DNA of 64,000 bases from an uncultured Candidatus Saccharibacteria bacterium (GCA_964645315.1 CAZYBH010000001.1:32405-96404); one strand, 5' to 3'; shown: positions 51,866 through 62,234, counted from the first letter of the stretch. The notes: generated by a model from the sequence alone, not told the origin. Translations and numbers: made by a program.

Positions 51866-52807
51866 CTATTTTGCTTTGAGGTGAGAATAGATATCCTCTA
51901 TCGCTTTGACGGCATCGCCTACTGCTATGTTATTTTGGTGATAGAGTCCGTCAGTGCAGTCTCCTGCTGACCAAATGCCTTTTGTATGAGTTTGCTGAGT
52001 CTTTGCATCTACCGGTATGCGGTTGAATTCATCGAGTTTGATTATCTCTTTTGCAAAATCGGTATTTGGCAATGAACCAATCTCTACGAATATTCCAGAG
52101 ACGGGTAAATCGATATCTTTGTTTGCTTTGGTGTCTCGATATACTATCGATGAGACGAATTTGTCACCTTTGACTTCGACAGGTACGGCGTTTTTTATTA
52201 TTTTGACATTTTGATTGCGACTGACCGCCTCGATAGTACCAGGGTCTGCGCGGAAATTTTCGCTACGATTCAATATGTAGACATTTTTGCAATATGCCAT
52301 GAGTTGGGCAGCGCTATCGAAGGCAGCATTTCCACCTCCGATCACAGCTACATCCATGTCAGAGTATAGCGGGCCGTCGCAGGTAGCACAGTAGGTAAGA
52401 CCCTTATGTTCGAAAATATCTGCTCCTGGGACATCGAGCTTGCGCCTATGACTACCAGAGACGATGAGCACGGTACGAGCTTCGTACCAACCCTTGTCCG
52501 TCTGGATTGAATAGCTATTTGATGGTAAATGTGGGGAAGAGGATTTTTTGATATTGATGCATTTTTCGCCTTCCCGTATATCGATCACACCGTCTGCATA
52601 GGTCTTCACGTGATTTTCGAGGCTTTTTGATAGGTCTGATCCGGATATAGCTACTGTACCGATCCAGTTTTCGATCTTTTCGGAGACAGCACTCTGACCA
52701 TACCAGTCTTTTGTAATAAAAACGGTCTTGAGCCTTTTCCTTGCTGCATAAACGCCAGCTCCTGCACCAGCTGGTCCACCTCCGATTATTGCTAGATCGT
52801 ATAACAT
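51866..52807 (-). CDS. trxB: Thioredoxin reductase (TrxB/AhpF-like)
   Basis: IIGGGPAG, CATCDG, GGGNAA, AGD. Confidence 0.88.
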   Translation of the reverse strand: MLYDLAIIGGGPAGAGAGVYAARKRLKTVFITKDWYGQSAVSEKIENWIGTVAISGSDLSKSLENHVKTYADGVIDIREGEKCINIKKSSSPHLPSNSYSIQTDKGWYEARTVLIVSGSHRRKLDVPGADIFEHKGLTYCATCDGPLYSDMDVAVIGGGNAAFDSAAQLMAYCKNVYILNRSENFRADPGTIEAVSRNQNVKIIKNAVPVEVKGDKFVSSIVYRDTKANKDIDLPVSGIFVEIGSLPNTDFAKEIIKLDEFNRIPVDAKTQQTHTKGIWSAGDCTDGLYHQNNIAVGDAVKAIEDIYSHLKAK

Positions 52808-52832
52808 GGGACTATTTTATCATAAATAATTA

Positions 52833-53807
52833 TTAATGGCAGACTCTTTGAAATTCGGTGCGATCTTGGATAGAAGGGGAGGTGACCGAGCTTTCATTGT
52901 AGGCATTCATGATAGAATCCTTGCCTTCAACATGGTCTAGGCCTAGAGCATGACCAAATTCATGGGCGAGTACTCTAGTCAGTTTATTGTTATCTTTGAA
53001 TTCATAAATATTGATATTTTGACCTTTATTATCTCTGACATATTCGCCCTCTTGGAATTCTGGTCCTGTACTTTGGCTGACATTATTGAAGGTACTGATC
53101 TTACCATTTATATCTTTGTTTAATGAATTCAATTCTTTAACTTTTGCATTTAATTGATCAACGAGATTATTTAGTTCGCGGTTTGCAGTATTTATATCGG
53201 TAGCTTTTTGATTTAGAGCTAGGCGCTCTCTTTCTATTTGATTGAAGCTATCTTTGCTAATTGATTTTTGTGCATTTAGCTTAGCTAAATCTTTTTCATA
53301 AGTAGATTTGCTTGCTTCATATTGGCTGACTAGATTATTTATACTTATTTTTTTGTTTTCATATTCCTTCTTTAGAGAATTGAATTGCAATTCAAGGTCA
53401 TTGTAATTAGATTTGCTATTTTCTATATTATTATTTATTTGATTTAGTTTGTCTGTCGTTCTTTGTCTTTCATCGTAGATCAAGTTAACCGCCAATTTAT
53501 AATTTGAAAAATCGGACAAGTTTTTTGCTTTTTGTTCATTGTAGATAAGGACATCATTTCCCTGGATTTTATTCCAAATAGAAGCGGAACTTTCCAATTC
53601 TTTTATGAAGCTCTCTTTTGTCTTGTCGAATCGTTCATCGAAATTGTTTACATAATAATAGATCGGTTTTGAGCAAGGTTTGTCTATACCAATATATGTC
53701 AGTATGTCTTCATAGACTGGCACATAGCGATCTTTATTGAAAATGACTATAGAAGCGGATGTAATCAGTAGAATTGATACCAAACTGTACTGCAGAGGTT
53801 TGCTCAT
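52833..53807 (-). CDS. Matrixin (M10) family metalloprotease with coiled-coil insert
   Basis: HEFGHALGLDH and Met-turn SIM; N-terminal TM. Confidence 0.85.
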   Translation of the reverse strand: MSKPLQYSLVSILLITSASIVIFNKDRYVPVYEDILTYIGIDKPCSKPIYYYVNNFDERFDKTKESFIKELESSASIWNKIQGNDVLIYNEQKAKNLSDFSNYKLAVNLIYDERQRTTDKLNQINNNIENSKSNYNDLELQFNSLKKEYENKKISINNLVSQYEASKSTYEKDLAKLNAQKSISKDSFNQIERERLALNQKATDINTANRELNNLVDQLNAKVKELNSLNKDINGKISTFNNVSQSTGPEFQEGEYVRDNKGQNINIYEFKDNNKLTRVLAHEFGHALGLDHVEGKDSIMNAYNESSVTSPSIQDRTEFQRVCH

Positions 53808-53828
53808 TAACTAATATTGTACATTATT

Positions 53829-53880
53829 ATTTCTGTGCAAAAACTGTGTACAAAACTCCTGAGGCCTCGCCTCGGGAAAT
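53829..53880 (+). repeat. 52-bp direct repeat, left
   Basis: Identical to 54388-54439. Confidence 0.95.
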
Positions 53881-53960
53881 GGCTCAACAGAGCCGTCGTT
53901 GCGAGGTTTAACCTAGCAAAATGTAAAAACACTTGACAAATTTGATGAGTATGCTATACT
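53879..53960 (+). promoter_or_regulatory. Shared cassette promoter module, copy B
   Basis: TTGACA(53933)-16-TGc-TATACT(53955); ungapped match to 43825-43906. Confidence 0.85.
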
Positions 53961-53966
53961 TATCAC

Positions 53967-54380
53967 GGATAGTTGAGATGAGCAGACCGCAGTACTCATC
54001 TCACTAGAGCGACAAGAGTTCGGTTGTGAGGGTCTATCACAATCGAAAACACGCAGTCTCGAGAGGACTGATTAGGTCTCAGTGACCTGTTGTTAAAATC
54101 TTGTTGCTCCGGAAATCGTCTCTCGGTATGGGTGCTTATTGGAAGGTAAACACTCATATAATTGATAGCACTTCCACCGCCGACTCGACAGGGCGGTGCA
54201 GGATCAGGTAATCTCGGCGAGACCGGGGTAGGGCAGAAGCCCATTACCGTTTGATGCCACTTGAGGGACGTCCTCTTGGCTAGGTAAATTCCAGATCCGC
54301 GATTCTCAGGGGTGGCTTGCGATGAGTCCGCAACCCACACAGTAATATATACCCCCGGAACGGTCCGGGGGTTTTTTCTT
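53967..54380 (+). ncRNA. Candidate structured ncRNA B (~415 nt)
   Basis: Multi-branched helices such as TGAGATGAG/CTCATCTCA, GAGCGACAAGA/TCTTGTTGCTC, CACCGCC/GGCGGTG, GGTAAT/ATTACC; terminator ACCCCCGGA-ACGG-TCCGGGGGT plus T-tract. Confidence 0.7.
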
Positions 54381-54387
54381 TATCCAA

Positions 54388-54439
54388 ATTTCTGTGCAAA
54401 AACTGTGTACAAAACTCCTGAGGCCTCGCCTCGGGAAAT
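54388..54439 (+). repeat. 52-bp direct repeat, right; abuts the ftsZ stop codon
   Basis: Identical to 53829-53880. Confidence 0.95.
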
Positions 54440-55641
54440 TATTTCAACCTAGACCTTCGAAGGAATGCTGGAATAGCACCCCAATCGTCATCATCATCGA
54501 CTTTTTCTTCTACTTTCTTTATTTCGACTTTTGGACTTATGATACTAGCTGGATCTTTTTTGGGTTCAACTGGAGCATTGAAGATTTTGCCTTTTTCTTG
54601 GACCCTTTTCATGATATTTGAAACCGAAGATTCGGTCGGAGCGGGGTTGATGTTTTGTTGGACTGGACTAGGCTTGCTTACGGCGCTCTCGGGGAAGCCG
54701 GTAGCAATAACGGTGATCTTGATCTCATTCTTCTTGAGCTTATCGTCTCTCACAGTACCGAAGATGATTTTTGCTTCTGGATCGATTGACTCCGTAATAA
54801 CTTTTGCTGCGTCTTGGATCTCGAACATGGTCAAATCTTCGCCACCAGCGATGGAGAACAGAACACCTTTTGCTCCGATAATAGAGACATCAAGCAAAGG
54901 TGAATTGATCGCTGCTTTGGCTGCTTCAATCGCACGATTTTCGCCACTGGCCTTGCCTATGCCCATAAGTGCTGAGCCAGCATTCTCCATGATGGTGCGG
55001 ATGTCGGCGAAGTCTATATTGATAAGACCAGGGGTCGTGATGAGGTCTGATATGCCTTCGACCGCTTGTCTCAAGATCTCATCGCACATACCGAAGGCGT
55101 TTTTGACTGTGGTCTCTTTGCCGATAGCAGAAAGAAGGCGATCGTTTGGAATGACGATGATAGCGTCTACTTCTTTGCGAAGATCTTCGAGAGCCGCTTC
55201 GGCAATGCGTGTCCTTTGTCTACCTTCGAAATAAAATGGCTTGGTCACAACTGCAACGGTAAGACAACCAAGCTCTTTTGCTGTCCTTGCTACTACTGGA
55301 CTTGCTCCGGTTCCTGTACCACCGCCGACTCCGCAGGTGACGAAGACCATGTCTGCACCCTTTACTACTTCTTGGATCTCTTCTTTTGTCTCTTCTGCAG
55401 CTCTACGACCGAGATCTGGGTTCATGCCTGTACCTAGACCGCGAGTTAGATTTTTGCCGATATTGATGCGCTTCTTGGTCAAGGAGCGGTGAAGATCTTG
55501 GGCATCAGTATTGATTGCGACGAAATCGACTCCTCTAACTTTTGAGGAAATCATGTGGTTGATTGCATTTTGTCCTGAACCACCAACTCCGAGTACTTTT
55601 ATTCGAGCAAATGCTTCGATATCTGGCGTTAAGTTTGGCAT
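54439..55641 (-). CDS. ftsZ: Cell division protein FtsZ
   Basis: [22 protein letters not shown]-terminal IPAFLRR. Confidence 0.98.
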   Translation of the reverse strand: MPNLTPDIEAFARIKVLGVGGSGQNAINHMISSKVRGVDFVAINTDAQDLHRSLTKKRINIGKNLTRGLGTGMNPDLGRRAAEETKEEIQEVVKGADMVFVTCGVGGGTGTGASPVVARTAKELGCLTVAVVTKPFYFEGRQRTRIAEAALEDLRKEVDAIIVIPNDRLLSAIGKETTVKNAFGMCDEILRQAVEGISDLITTPGLINIDFADIRTIMENAGSALMGIGKASGENRAIEAAKAAINSPLLDVSIIGAKGVLFSIAGGEDLTMFEIQDAAKVITESIDPEAKIIFGTVRDDKLKKNEIKITVIATGFPESAVSKPSPVQQNINPAPTESSVSNIMKRVQEKGKIFNAPVEPKKDPASIISPKVEIKKVEEKVDDDDDWGAIPAFLRRSRLK

Positions 55642-55782
55642 GAATTTTATTCTTATTATCTTTATTGAAAAACGGTTTTCCTGTGAACATAAGCTCAAGG
55701 TATTCCTTGGTTGTATATTACCATAGGACTTTGTATATACAAGCAATTTACTAGTATATATAAAATATGTTGTATTTTTTTG

Positions 55783-56352
55783 CTATTGATTTAGGAAAAT
55801 CAAAAGTGCAACTAAAGTAACAAAAATTTCTGCATAGAAACTTGGTTGTTTGATATACATTTTCCAGAGATAATTCCAGTAGAATTTTATTGAACCAACT
55901 TCTATATGATGTTGTACAGATGCTGTTTCAAATTCATTTAGACCAGATAATTTGAATAGACAATATCTTCTTTGATTGAAAGGTCTAAGCCATTGTATGC
56001 CGTAGTCTATAGAATCAAATAGGAAATGGCTAAATGTACCAGCGAGTATAAGTATAGAAGTTGTCATAAGGAAATTTGAATTGATCAAATAGGCCAGTGC
56101 AAATATTATAAAACTAAATACCATCCAAAATAGCGGAAGATGAGTCATGAAATCTCTATGAGTCTGCTTTGTTGTTTTGAAAAGCTTTTTTGCCAAATAA
56201 AAAAGTAATAAATCTAAATCGGGCAATTCTCCAGATAAAATGCCGATAATATATAGAACGGTTAACTCGCTTGAAGAGAAACTTTGATTGATTGTTCCCA
56301 AAACGATTGTGGTAGAAATGAAACCACCAGCTAGATGACCGGGTAAGACCAT
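55783..56352 (-). CDS. YdjM-like membrane metal-dependent hydrolase
   Basis: GH, LPDLD, HRDFMTH, SHFLFD, GIQWLRPF. Confidence 0.8.
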   Translation of the reverse strand: MVLPGHLAGGFISTTIVLGTINQSFSSSELTVLYIIGILSGELPDLDLLLFYLAKKLFKTTKQTHRDFMTHLPLFWMVFSFIIFALAYLINSNFLMTTSILILAGTFSHFLFDSIDYGIQWLRPFNQRRYCLFKLSGLNEFETASVQHHIEVGSIKFYWNYLWKMYIKQPSFYAEIFVTLVALLIFLNQ

Positions 56353-56353
56353 G

Positions 56354-57535
56354 TTATGGTAAGAATTGTTTTAGACCTTGTAAAATCTTCCTCCAAATTC
56401 TTTTTAGGAAAATGGATGAATTATCGAGCTCCGGACTTTCATCGGAATTGATCCCCCAAATGCATAAACCATAAGCTACTGCCCATGTCGCATCTTTGAA
56501 TGAAGACTTGGGATCGATATGATTGAGAGAACCTATCCTCGATGGTAATTTGAGATAAACCTTTGCAAGCGTGTCGATAGAATTTAGACCAGATCCGCCA
56601 CCAGTAATGATAATACCAGCAGGAAGCAAACCGTTTCTGCCAATTTTCTTGAGATGAGCTTCGATCAATTCGAATATATCTGAAAGTCTAGCAGCGATAA
56701 TCTCCTCGAGTTTTTTGCGAGGATAAGACGAGCCGGTGATCACACCGATCTTGATCTGTTCTGCTTCTTCGAGTGGTACTTTGAGACCAAGAGCGATATC
56801 GTTTGTAATATCGGTCGAGCCGATAGGGAAAACCTCAAGCGATGTCGGAATGTTATTTTCGAATACTGCTATCGAAACAGTCTCGGCGCCGATATTTGCC
56901 AAGACACAGCCGGCAATCTTTTGGGATTTGGTCAAAGTGACGAAACCGGCGGCAATCGGTGCGGCCATGACATCTTCTACTTCTATACCAGCTTCGTTTA
57001 CGGCGGAGACAAGATCAGTCACATGATGTTCGAGGCAGGTGATGAACAAAGTCTTTTGTTCGATCTTATTGCCCTTTAGACCTTCTGGTGTACCGAGAGA
57101 AGGGAAGCCGTCGATCTTGTATTGGAGAGGAATGTCGTAGATAATCCGACGATTTGCTATTTCGGCCTTAGGCATGTCTTTTTCGCATTGTTCGTGTAAG
57201 TTTTTGAGATCGAGGTTTGTAATCTCTGCGTCGGCCCGCGAGGTCATGACAAAACTATTGACTGTTGTACCCGCAAGACCTATACCAGAAATGCCGATAA
57301 AAGCTTTTTTTACTTTTATCTCGGCTTTTTCTTCGGCTATTGATACTGCCTTCTTGATGCTCATTGCTACATCACGGACATTTGTAACATAGCCATGTCT
57401 TACACCTTTTGATTCGGCCATACCGGAAGCAATAATCTTGGGTAAGCCTTTTTCGTTTTTTTCTTTGGCATTAGCAATTATGACTTTGACGTAATATGTA
57501 CCGACGTCGATTCCGGTTATTATATTTCGGGACAT
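56354..57535 (-). CDS. ftsA: Cell division protein FtsA
   Basis: GIDVGT, NIGAETV, ITNDIA, ITGGGS. Confidence 0.95.
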   Translation of the reverse strand: MSRNIITGIDVGTYYVKVIIANAKEKNEKGLPKIIASGMAESKGVRHGYVTNVRDVAMSIKKAVSIAEEKAEIKVKKAFIGISGIGLAGTTVNSFVMTSRADAEITNLDLKNLHEQCEKDMPKAEIANRRIIYDIPLQYKIDGFPSLGTPEGLKGNKIEQKTLFITCLEHHVTDLVSAVNEAGIEVEDVMAAPIAAGFVTLTKSQKIAGCVLANIGAETVSIAVFENNIPTSLEVFPIGSTDITNDIALGLKVPLEEAEQIKIGVITGSSYPRKKLEEIIAARLSDIFELIEAHLKKIGRNGLLPAGIIITGGGSGLNSIDTLAKVYLKLPSRIGSLNHIDPKSSFKDATWAVAYGLCIWGINSDESPELDNSSIFLKRIWRKILQGLKQFLP

Positions 57536-57554
57536 GTTGGAGTGAAAGAGTGAT

Positions 57555-57935
57555 TTAGATTTTGAATTCTTGTCTAAGTTTCACTTCTTCATTCTCCATT
57601 TTACTACCATGGTCGTATCCTTTCAAATGGATAAGTCCGTGGATAAATAAGAAAGCAATGAAATTTTCGAAATTCCTATCAAATTTTTTTGATTCTTTAT
57701 GAGCTTCTTCTAGGCAGATGTAAATTTCACCTTCATTTTCGGAAAGTGGGAAACTCAAGATGTCGGTAGGTTGATTTTTATTTCTATAAATAAGATTTAA
57801 CTTTTTAATCTTCTCCGGTTCAGTGAAAATAAGATTCAGATTGTAATCTTTGCCCAAAGCAGACTCCTTCATCTCTTTGTAAGGATGATCAGGTATCTTG
57901 TCTTGTTTTTCTTGGTGAATAGAAAATGTATTCAT
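57555..57935 (-). CDS. ybeY: rRNA maturation endoribonuclease YbeY
   Basis: PTDILSF, HGLIHLKGYDH. Confidence 0.93.
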   Translation of the reverse strand: MNTFSIHQEKQDKIPDHPYKEMKESALGKDYNLNLIFTEPEKIKKLNLIYRNKNQPTDILSFPLSENEGEIYICLEEAHKESKKFDRNFENFIAFLFIHGLIHLKGYDHGSKMENEEVKLRQEFKI

Positions 57936-57965
57936 ACAAATAAATAAGTGGCTCGGCCACTTAGT

Positions 57966-58211
57966 TTATTTCTTCTTCCTATCGCCTTTTGCTGGAGCTT
58001 TGCCTAGTTTGACTAGCTGTGCCATAGCTTGGCGTCTTTCGAGAAGGGTAAGTGCTCTCTGCTTGACCTTGTACTTTGATTGTACGCGAGTCTGAGATCT
58101 CAAGCTTCGAACACGAGGAATTATGCCAGAATTCTGGACTTTTCTTGTAAAACGGCGGATAACACCCAATGTATTTTCCCCAGGATTTCTTGTTACTTCT
58201 ACATTAATCAT
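57966..58211 (-). CDS. rpsU: 30S ribosomal protein bS21 (CPR-type)
   Basis: VEV....GEN...VIRRFTRKVQNSG pattern; small and basic. Confidence 0.7.
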   Translation of the reverse strand: MINVEVTRNPGENTLGVIRRFTRKVQNSGIIPRVRSLRSQTRVQSKYKVKQRALTLLERRQAMAQLVKLGKAPAKGDRKKK

Positions 58212-58273
58212 TGGTAAAGAATAGCATAACTATTGATTATGTGCAAACCAAAAGATCTGAAGAGACCCGTTTC

Positions 58274-59488
58274 CTATTTATACAAATCTGCCTCAATCTT
58301 TTTCATGAACTTGGGTAGATCGGCAAGAGGGACAATATCTTGAGAATGTCTTTCGTTTTCGCGAACGATAGCGGTTTTGTCTACAGCCTCTTTTTTGCCC
58401 ATGACGATGACATAAGGAGTGTGATATCGCTCGACTGAAGAGACTTGAGCACCGAGACGATCTTTTGCCAATGAGACATAAAGAGGAATCTTGACCTTTC
58501 GTAGACTTTCGATAAGGTGCAAAGAGAGTAATTTTGATTCGATACCAAGTTGGATAAATGATGCTACTGGTCTTTTGACTTTTGTAACAGGTTTTCGATT
58601 GTCACTTTTGCTTGATTTCAAAAATAGAGAAATGCCCACACCAGGAACGTCTTTTTTGAGGGAGAGCTTCTTGCCTAATCCAGCGTATCTCATACCGACT
58701 GCCAATACTTTGCGATCTTTGCTACCTTTTTCGGCAGAGACTATCGTAAATATTGTTTCGGTAGAATATTTTTTGTTGCCGACTAGATTGTTGTTTATGG
58801 CATAAGAGATACCTAGTGCCTCTAAATATTCCAAAGTCTCTTCGAGATGTCTTCGGCTATTTTCGGAAAGGAAATCCATGGCTTTTGGAGCTTTGCTATT
58901 TAGGGCCAGACAAGATTTGTCTTCACATGCTAGTAATTCGAAAGGATCTTTTTTGAAAAGTTCACGGCAATCTGCACTCATTTCATTTATATTTTTGCGA
59001 TAATAGGCAGTCAATTCTCTTGTGAATCTTGTTAGAGATTCTTTGTCTCCGATTGAATTGATCTCAACGGAAGTATTGTCGAAACCTTCTTCTTGGAGCA
59101 TAACTCTCGCTGTCTGAATAAGGGTCGCTTCGGCTATAGGTCCTGATGAGCCGAGGATTTGGAGTTCGGCATAGCGATTGTTTTTGCTACCTTTGCATGG
59201 ATCTTTGAAATAAAACATCAAAGGCTGTGGCTGGCTTTGGAGATTTTCTTCATCGTAAGCACGCAATAGGGCAATCTTCTCCTCTACATGAAGGTCGATG
59301 GTTTTTTGGCTTTCGGTGCCATCATAGACATAGTCACCATCGGCAAATTCTTTTGCTAGATCGAGGTCTGATTTGGAAATGGACGGACTTTTCTTTGGAA
59401 TGAAACCGTAATAGACAGAAATCTCACCAATCTTGTCCAAATTGTCATAGTTAACAAACTTTGAAATTGTCTCTTTCTTTTTTTTCAT
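58274..59488 (-). CDS. Degenerate HisRS paralog retaining the anticodon-binding domain
   Basis: INSIG, YY..N..E...DC, GMRY, C-terminal HGTP domain; lacks the FRYE and RGxDYY motifs. Confidence 0.75.
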   Translation of the reverse strand: MKKKKETISKFVNYDNLDKIGEISVYYGFIPKKSPSISKSDLDLAKEFADGDYVYDGTESQKTIDLHVEEKIALLRAYDEENLQSQPQPLMFYFKDPCKGSKNNRYAELQILGSSGPIAEATLIQTARVMLQEEGFDNTSVEINSIGDKESLTRFTRELTAYYRKNINEMSADCRELFKKDPFELLACEDKSCLALNSKAPKAMDFLSENSRRHLEETLEYLEALGISYAINNNLVGNKKYSTETIFTIVSAEKGSKDRKVLAVGMRYAGLGKKLSLKKDVPGVGISLFLKSSKSDNRKPVTKVKRPVASFIQLGIESKLLSLHLIESLRKVKIPLYVSLAKDRLGAQVSSVERYHTPYVIVMGKKEAVDKTAIVRENERHSQDIVPLADLPKFMKKIEADLYK

Positions 59489-60070
59489 TTAATTTTGATT
59501 ATACTGGCCAGGATATGTGGTAATTTTGTTTAGTGGAAATAATCTGATCGCTGGTCTGCCTATGATAAGATCTCTATCCAGAGGTCCCCAAGCTCGTGAA
59601 TCGGAACTTTCTGCTCTATTGTCTCCCATTACGAAATACTGTTTATTGTTGAGACTATATTCTGCATTGTTGAATGATTTGTGAATGCTTGCAATATAAG
59701 GTTCTTGAATCTCTTTTGTTGTAGAGCTATTGGTTATCTTTACGACGCCATTTTCGAGAGTGACAGTCTCACTAGGTAATCCGACTATCCTTTTGATGAA
59801 ATATTCTGAATGATCGTTTGGATTGACAAGGACTATGACATCGCCTCTTCTGGGCTCGTGGAATCTATAACTCAAGCGATCGATAATGAGGAATTGTCCA
59901 GTCTTGAATGTAGGGTCCATAGAAGTGCCGACAACAATGAAAGGTTCAAAAATAAAATATCGTACGATTGTAGCGATAATTATTGCTATAACAATGACCT
60001 TTATCCATTCCCATGCTTCATACAAAACTGGAGCCTTAAATCTAGGTATTTTGGTGTTATTGGGCTCCAT
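59489..60070 (-). CDS. lepB: Signal peptidase I
   Basis: GTSMDPT, IKRIVGLP, GDNRAESSDSR. Confidence 0.95.
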   Translation of the reverse strand: MEPNNTKIPRFKAPVLYEAWEWIKVIVIAIIIATIVRYFIFEPFIVVGTSMDPTFKTGQFLIIDRLSYRFHEPRRGDVIVLVNPNDHSEYFIKRIVGLPSETVTLENGVVKITNSSTTKEIQEPYIASIHKSFNNAEYSLNNKQYFVMGDNRAESSDSRAWGPLDRDLIIGRPAIRLFPLNKITTYPGQYNQN

Positions 60071-60145
60071 ATGGCACTAATAATAGCACAAAAAACCGAT
60101 ATATACAAATTAGATTTTATTTGATATTTCAAGTATACTTTTTGC

Positions 60146-60733
60146 ATGTCATACATAATTGCAGGTCTAGGAAATCCAGGTGAGGAATATATTGATACAA
60201 GACACAATACCGGTCGGATCGTTTTGGATTATTTGGCAAAGGAACATGAAGCTCAATTCCAATTTGATAAGAAGTCTGAAGCACAAGTTGCAAGTACAAA
60301 AATCGCCAAGGAAAAAGTTATTCTTCTCAAACCAGAGACCTTTATGAATAATTCTGGTAAGTCTATTTCTTATTTTGTCAAAAATCCAAAGCAAGCCGAA
60401 AAATTGATCGTTATTTACGATGATTTTAGTCTACCTTTGGGGAAGATACGCATTTCATTCAACAGAAGCTCTGGTGGACACAATGGTGTCGAATCAATAA
60501 TCAAGGCGGTCAAGACTGAGGCTTTTGTTCGGATCAGGATTGGCACAGCAAAAGAGAATGCAAAAGGTCATGCCAAGCTCATAAATGGCGAAGATAAGAT
60601 AGAAAAATTCATTTTGGGTAAGTTCAAAGATGATGAAATAAAAGAGCTCAAAAAAGTATCCAAGATAGTCTTGGAAGCTGTAGAAGTTTTGATCAAAGAG
60701 AGCAGGGAAAAGGCTATGAGTCTATTCAATTAA
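60146..60733 (+). CDS. pth: Peptidyl-tRNA hydrolase
   Basis: GLGNPG, TRHNTG, KPETFMNNSG, GGHNG. Confidence 0.96.
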   Translation: MSYIIAGLGNPGEEYIDTRHNTGRIVLDYLAKEHEAQFQFDKKSEAQVASTKIAKEKVILLKPETFMNNSGKSISYFVKNPKQAEKLIVIYDDFSLPLGKIRISFNRSSGGHNGVESIIKAVKTEAFVRIRIGTAKENAKGHAKLINGEDKIEKFILGKFKDDEIKELKKVSKIVLEAVEVLIKESREKAMSLFN

Positions 60734-60767
60734 AACAAAAATCACCCGATGGGTGATTTTTGTTTTA
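60731..60767. terminator. Bidirectional terminator between pth and rpsA
   Basis: TAAAACAAAAATCACCC-GAT-GGGTGATTTTTGTTTTA perfect palindrome. Confidence 0.85.
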
Positions 60768-60772
60768 TTCTA

Positions 60773-62017
60773 TTACTTCTTCTCGCCGATGAATGTCAAT
60801 GCCATCTTTTGTTCCTTTGGATCAAATAGGGAAATCTTGAAATTGTAAACCTTACCCAATTCTAGATTCTTGCGTAGTTTCTCTTCCGAACCAAATTCTG
60901 AAACATGGACAAGTCCTGCTACACCTTCTTCGATCGAAGCTAGGGCGCCATGCTTATTGAACTTGATGATAACACCTGAGACCGTCATGTCTTTTTGATA
61001 CTTCTTGCTTGCTTCGGTCCAAGGATTGGTCTTCAATTGCTTCAATGATAGAGAAATCTTGCCGTCTTTGATCTCGATAATCTTTGCCTTGATGCTTTGA
61101 CCGACTTTGACAAAGTTTCTTGGATCATCGACTAGACCCCAATCAATTTCGGAGATATGGATAAGACCTTCCAAACCTTCTTCTAATTTTACGAAGACAC
61201 CGAAGTCTACAATGCCAGTAATAGTACCGCTTACAGTATTGCCGACCTCATACTTGCTAACGATCTTTTCTTTTTCTTTTGATTCCGAACCCTTCTCGGA
61301 GAAGATCAATTTGCCCTCCTTAGGATCGGCGGTGATAATGGAGACTTGTAGTCTTGTGCCGACGAGTTTCTTCAATTCTTCCAAAATCTTGTCTTTATCA
61401 CCATCGGAAATGCGAGGATAGTGATCGGTCTTGAGTTGGGAAGCTGGTAGGAATCCCAATATACCTTGCCATTCGATAAGAAGACCACCCTTGTTTGCTT
61501 CTTTGACTGGTAGGTCTAGGACTTTCTTTTCTTTGATAGCGATCTCAGCTTCATTCCAAATAAGAGCTTGTCTTGCTTCCTTGAGAGAAAGTTCTAGATA
61601 GCCTTCTTTGTGAGAATTGTCGACAATCTTTGCGGCGATGACATCACCAACATTGATCTTCTTTATTACATCGCGGGCGATGATAAATTCACGACCATAA
61701 ATTATACCGGTACCAAATGGTGCTAGATCGACATAGACTGATGACTTCTCAATGGCTATCACTGGACCCTCTACCAAATCTCCAATGATTGGAGGATTCT
61801 TAAGGTTGACAGATAATTTGCCCATAAAAGATGCCTTTTGAGCATCGGTAAGCTCCATTTCATCTTTTGCTACAACTTTGTCTGATTTTTTGTCAGATTT
61901 CTTGGTTGTTTTGGTCTTTTTTTCTTCTGTTTGGACCTCTTCCTTTGTCTCGCTCTTGTTTTCTGTAATTTCTTCTTGCTTTACACCAGTAAGTGTTTCT
62001 TTTAGTTTTTTGAACAT
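60773..62017 (-). CDS. rpsA: 30S ribosomal protein S1 (four S1 domains)
   Basis: GFLPASQL, FGVFV..EGLIHISEI, GLVHVSE; start placed at MFKKL. Confidence 0.88.
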   Translation of the reverse strand: MFKKLKETLTGVKQEEITENKSETKEEVQTEEKKTKTTKKSDKKSDKVVAKDEMELTDAQKASFMGKLSVNLKNPPIIGDLVEGPVIAIEKSSVYVDLAPFGTGIIYGREFIIARDVIKKINVGDVIAAKIVDNSHKEGYLELSLKEARQALIWNEAEIAIKEKKVLDLPVKEANKGGLLIEWQGILGFLPASQLKTDHYPRISDGDKDKILEELKKLVGTRLQVSIITADPKEGKLIFSEKGSESKEKEKIVSKYEVGNTVSGTITGIVDFGVFVKLEEGLEGLIHISEIDWGLVDDPRNFVKVGQSIKAKIIEIKDGKISLSLKQLKTNPWTEASKKYQKDMTVSGVIIKFNKHGALASIEEGVAGLVHVSEFGSEEKLRKNLELGKVYNFKISLFDPKEQKMALTFIGEKK

Positions 62018-62179
62018 AATATTTCTTCTTCCGCTTTTTAAACTAATAATATTAATTGCGGGGTTATGAAGATCTTTAATGGCATTTTTCAAACCTTTGC
62101 CGTATGGCGAATTTAGCATAAAAGTCTAGGGTTGTCGAGGTTGACTGTGATTTTTCGTATTGCTACAATTTATCGTGAA

Positions 62180-62229
62180 GAAGACTTCGGCCGCAGATCC
62201 AATGGACTGCAATTTGGCGGAGGTTTTTT
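62180..62229 (+). ncRNA. 50-nt hairpin sRNA-like unit, copy 1
   Basis: TTGACT(62141)-17-TACAAT(62164) upstream; hairpin plus T-tract; identical to 63178-63227. Confidence 0.55.
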
Positions 62230-62234
62230 TCTTT

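Noticed and set aside
54315-54335. GATGAGTCC resembling a hammerhead core
   Set aside because: Lacks the preceding CU and the downstream GGACGAAA; it forms the loop of a TTGCG/CGCAA hairpin
53996-54340. 114-aa minus-strand ORF in ncRNA B, and ORF 43790-44032 in cassette A
   Set aside because: Antisense to strong promoter/terminator pairs, no start signals, no recognisable motifs
54539-55234. 231-aa antisense ORF, and similar shadows inside groEL, rpoB/C and typA
   Set aside because: Fully opposite well-conserved genes; codon-bias shadows
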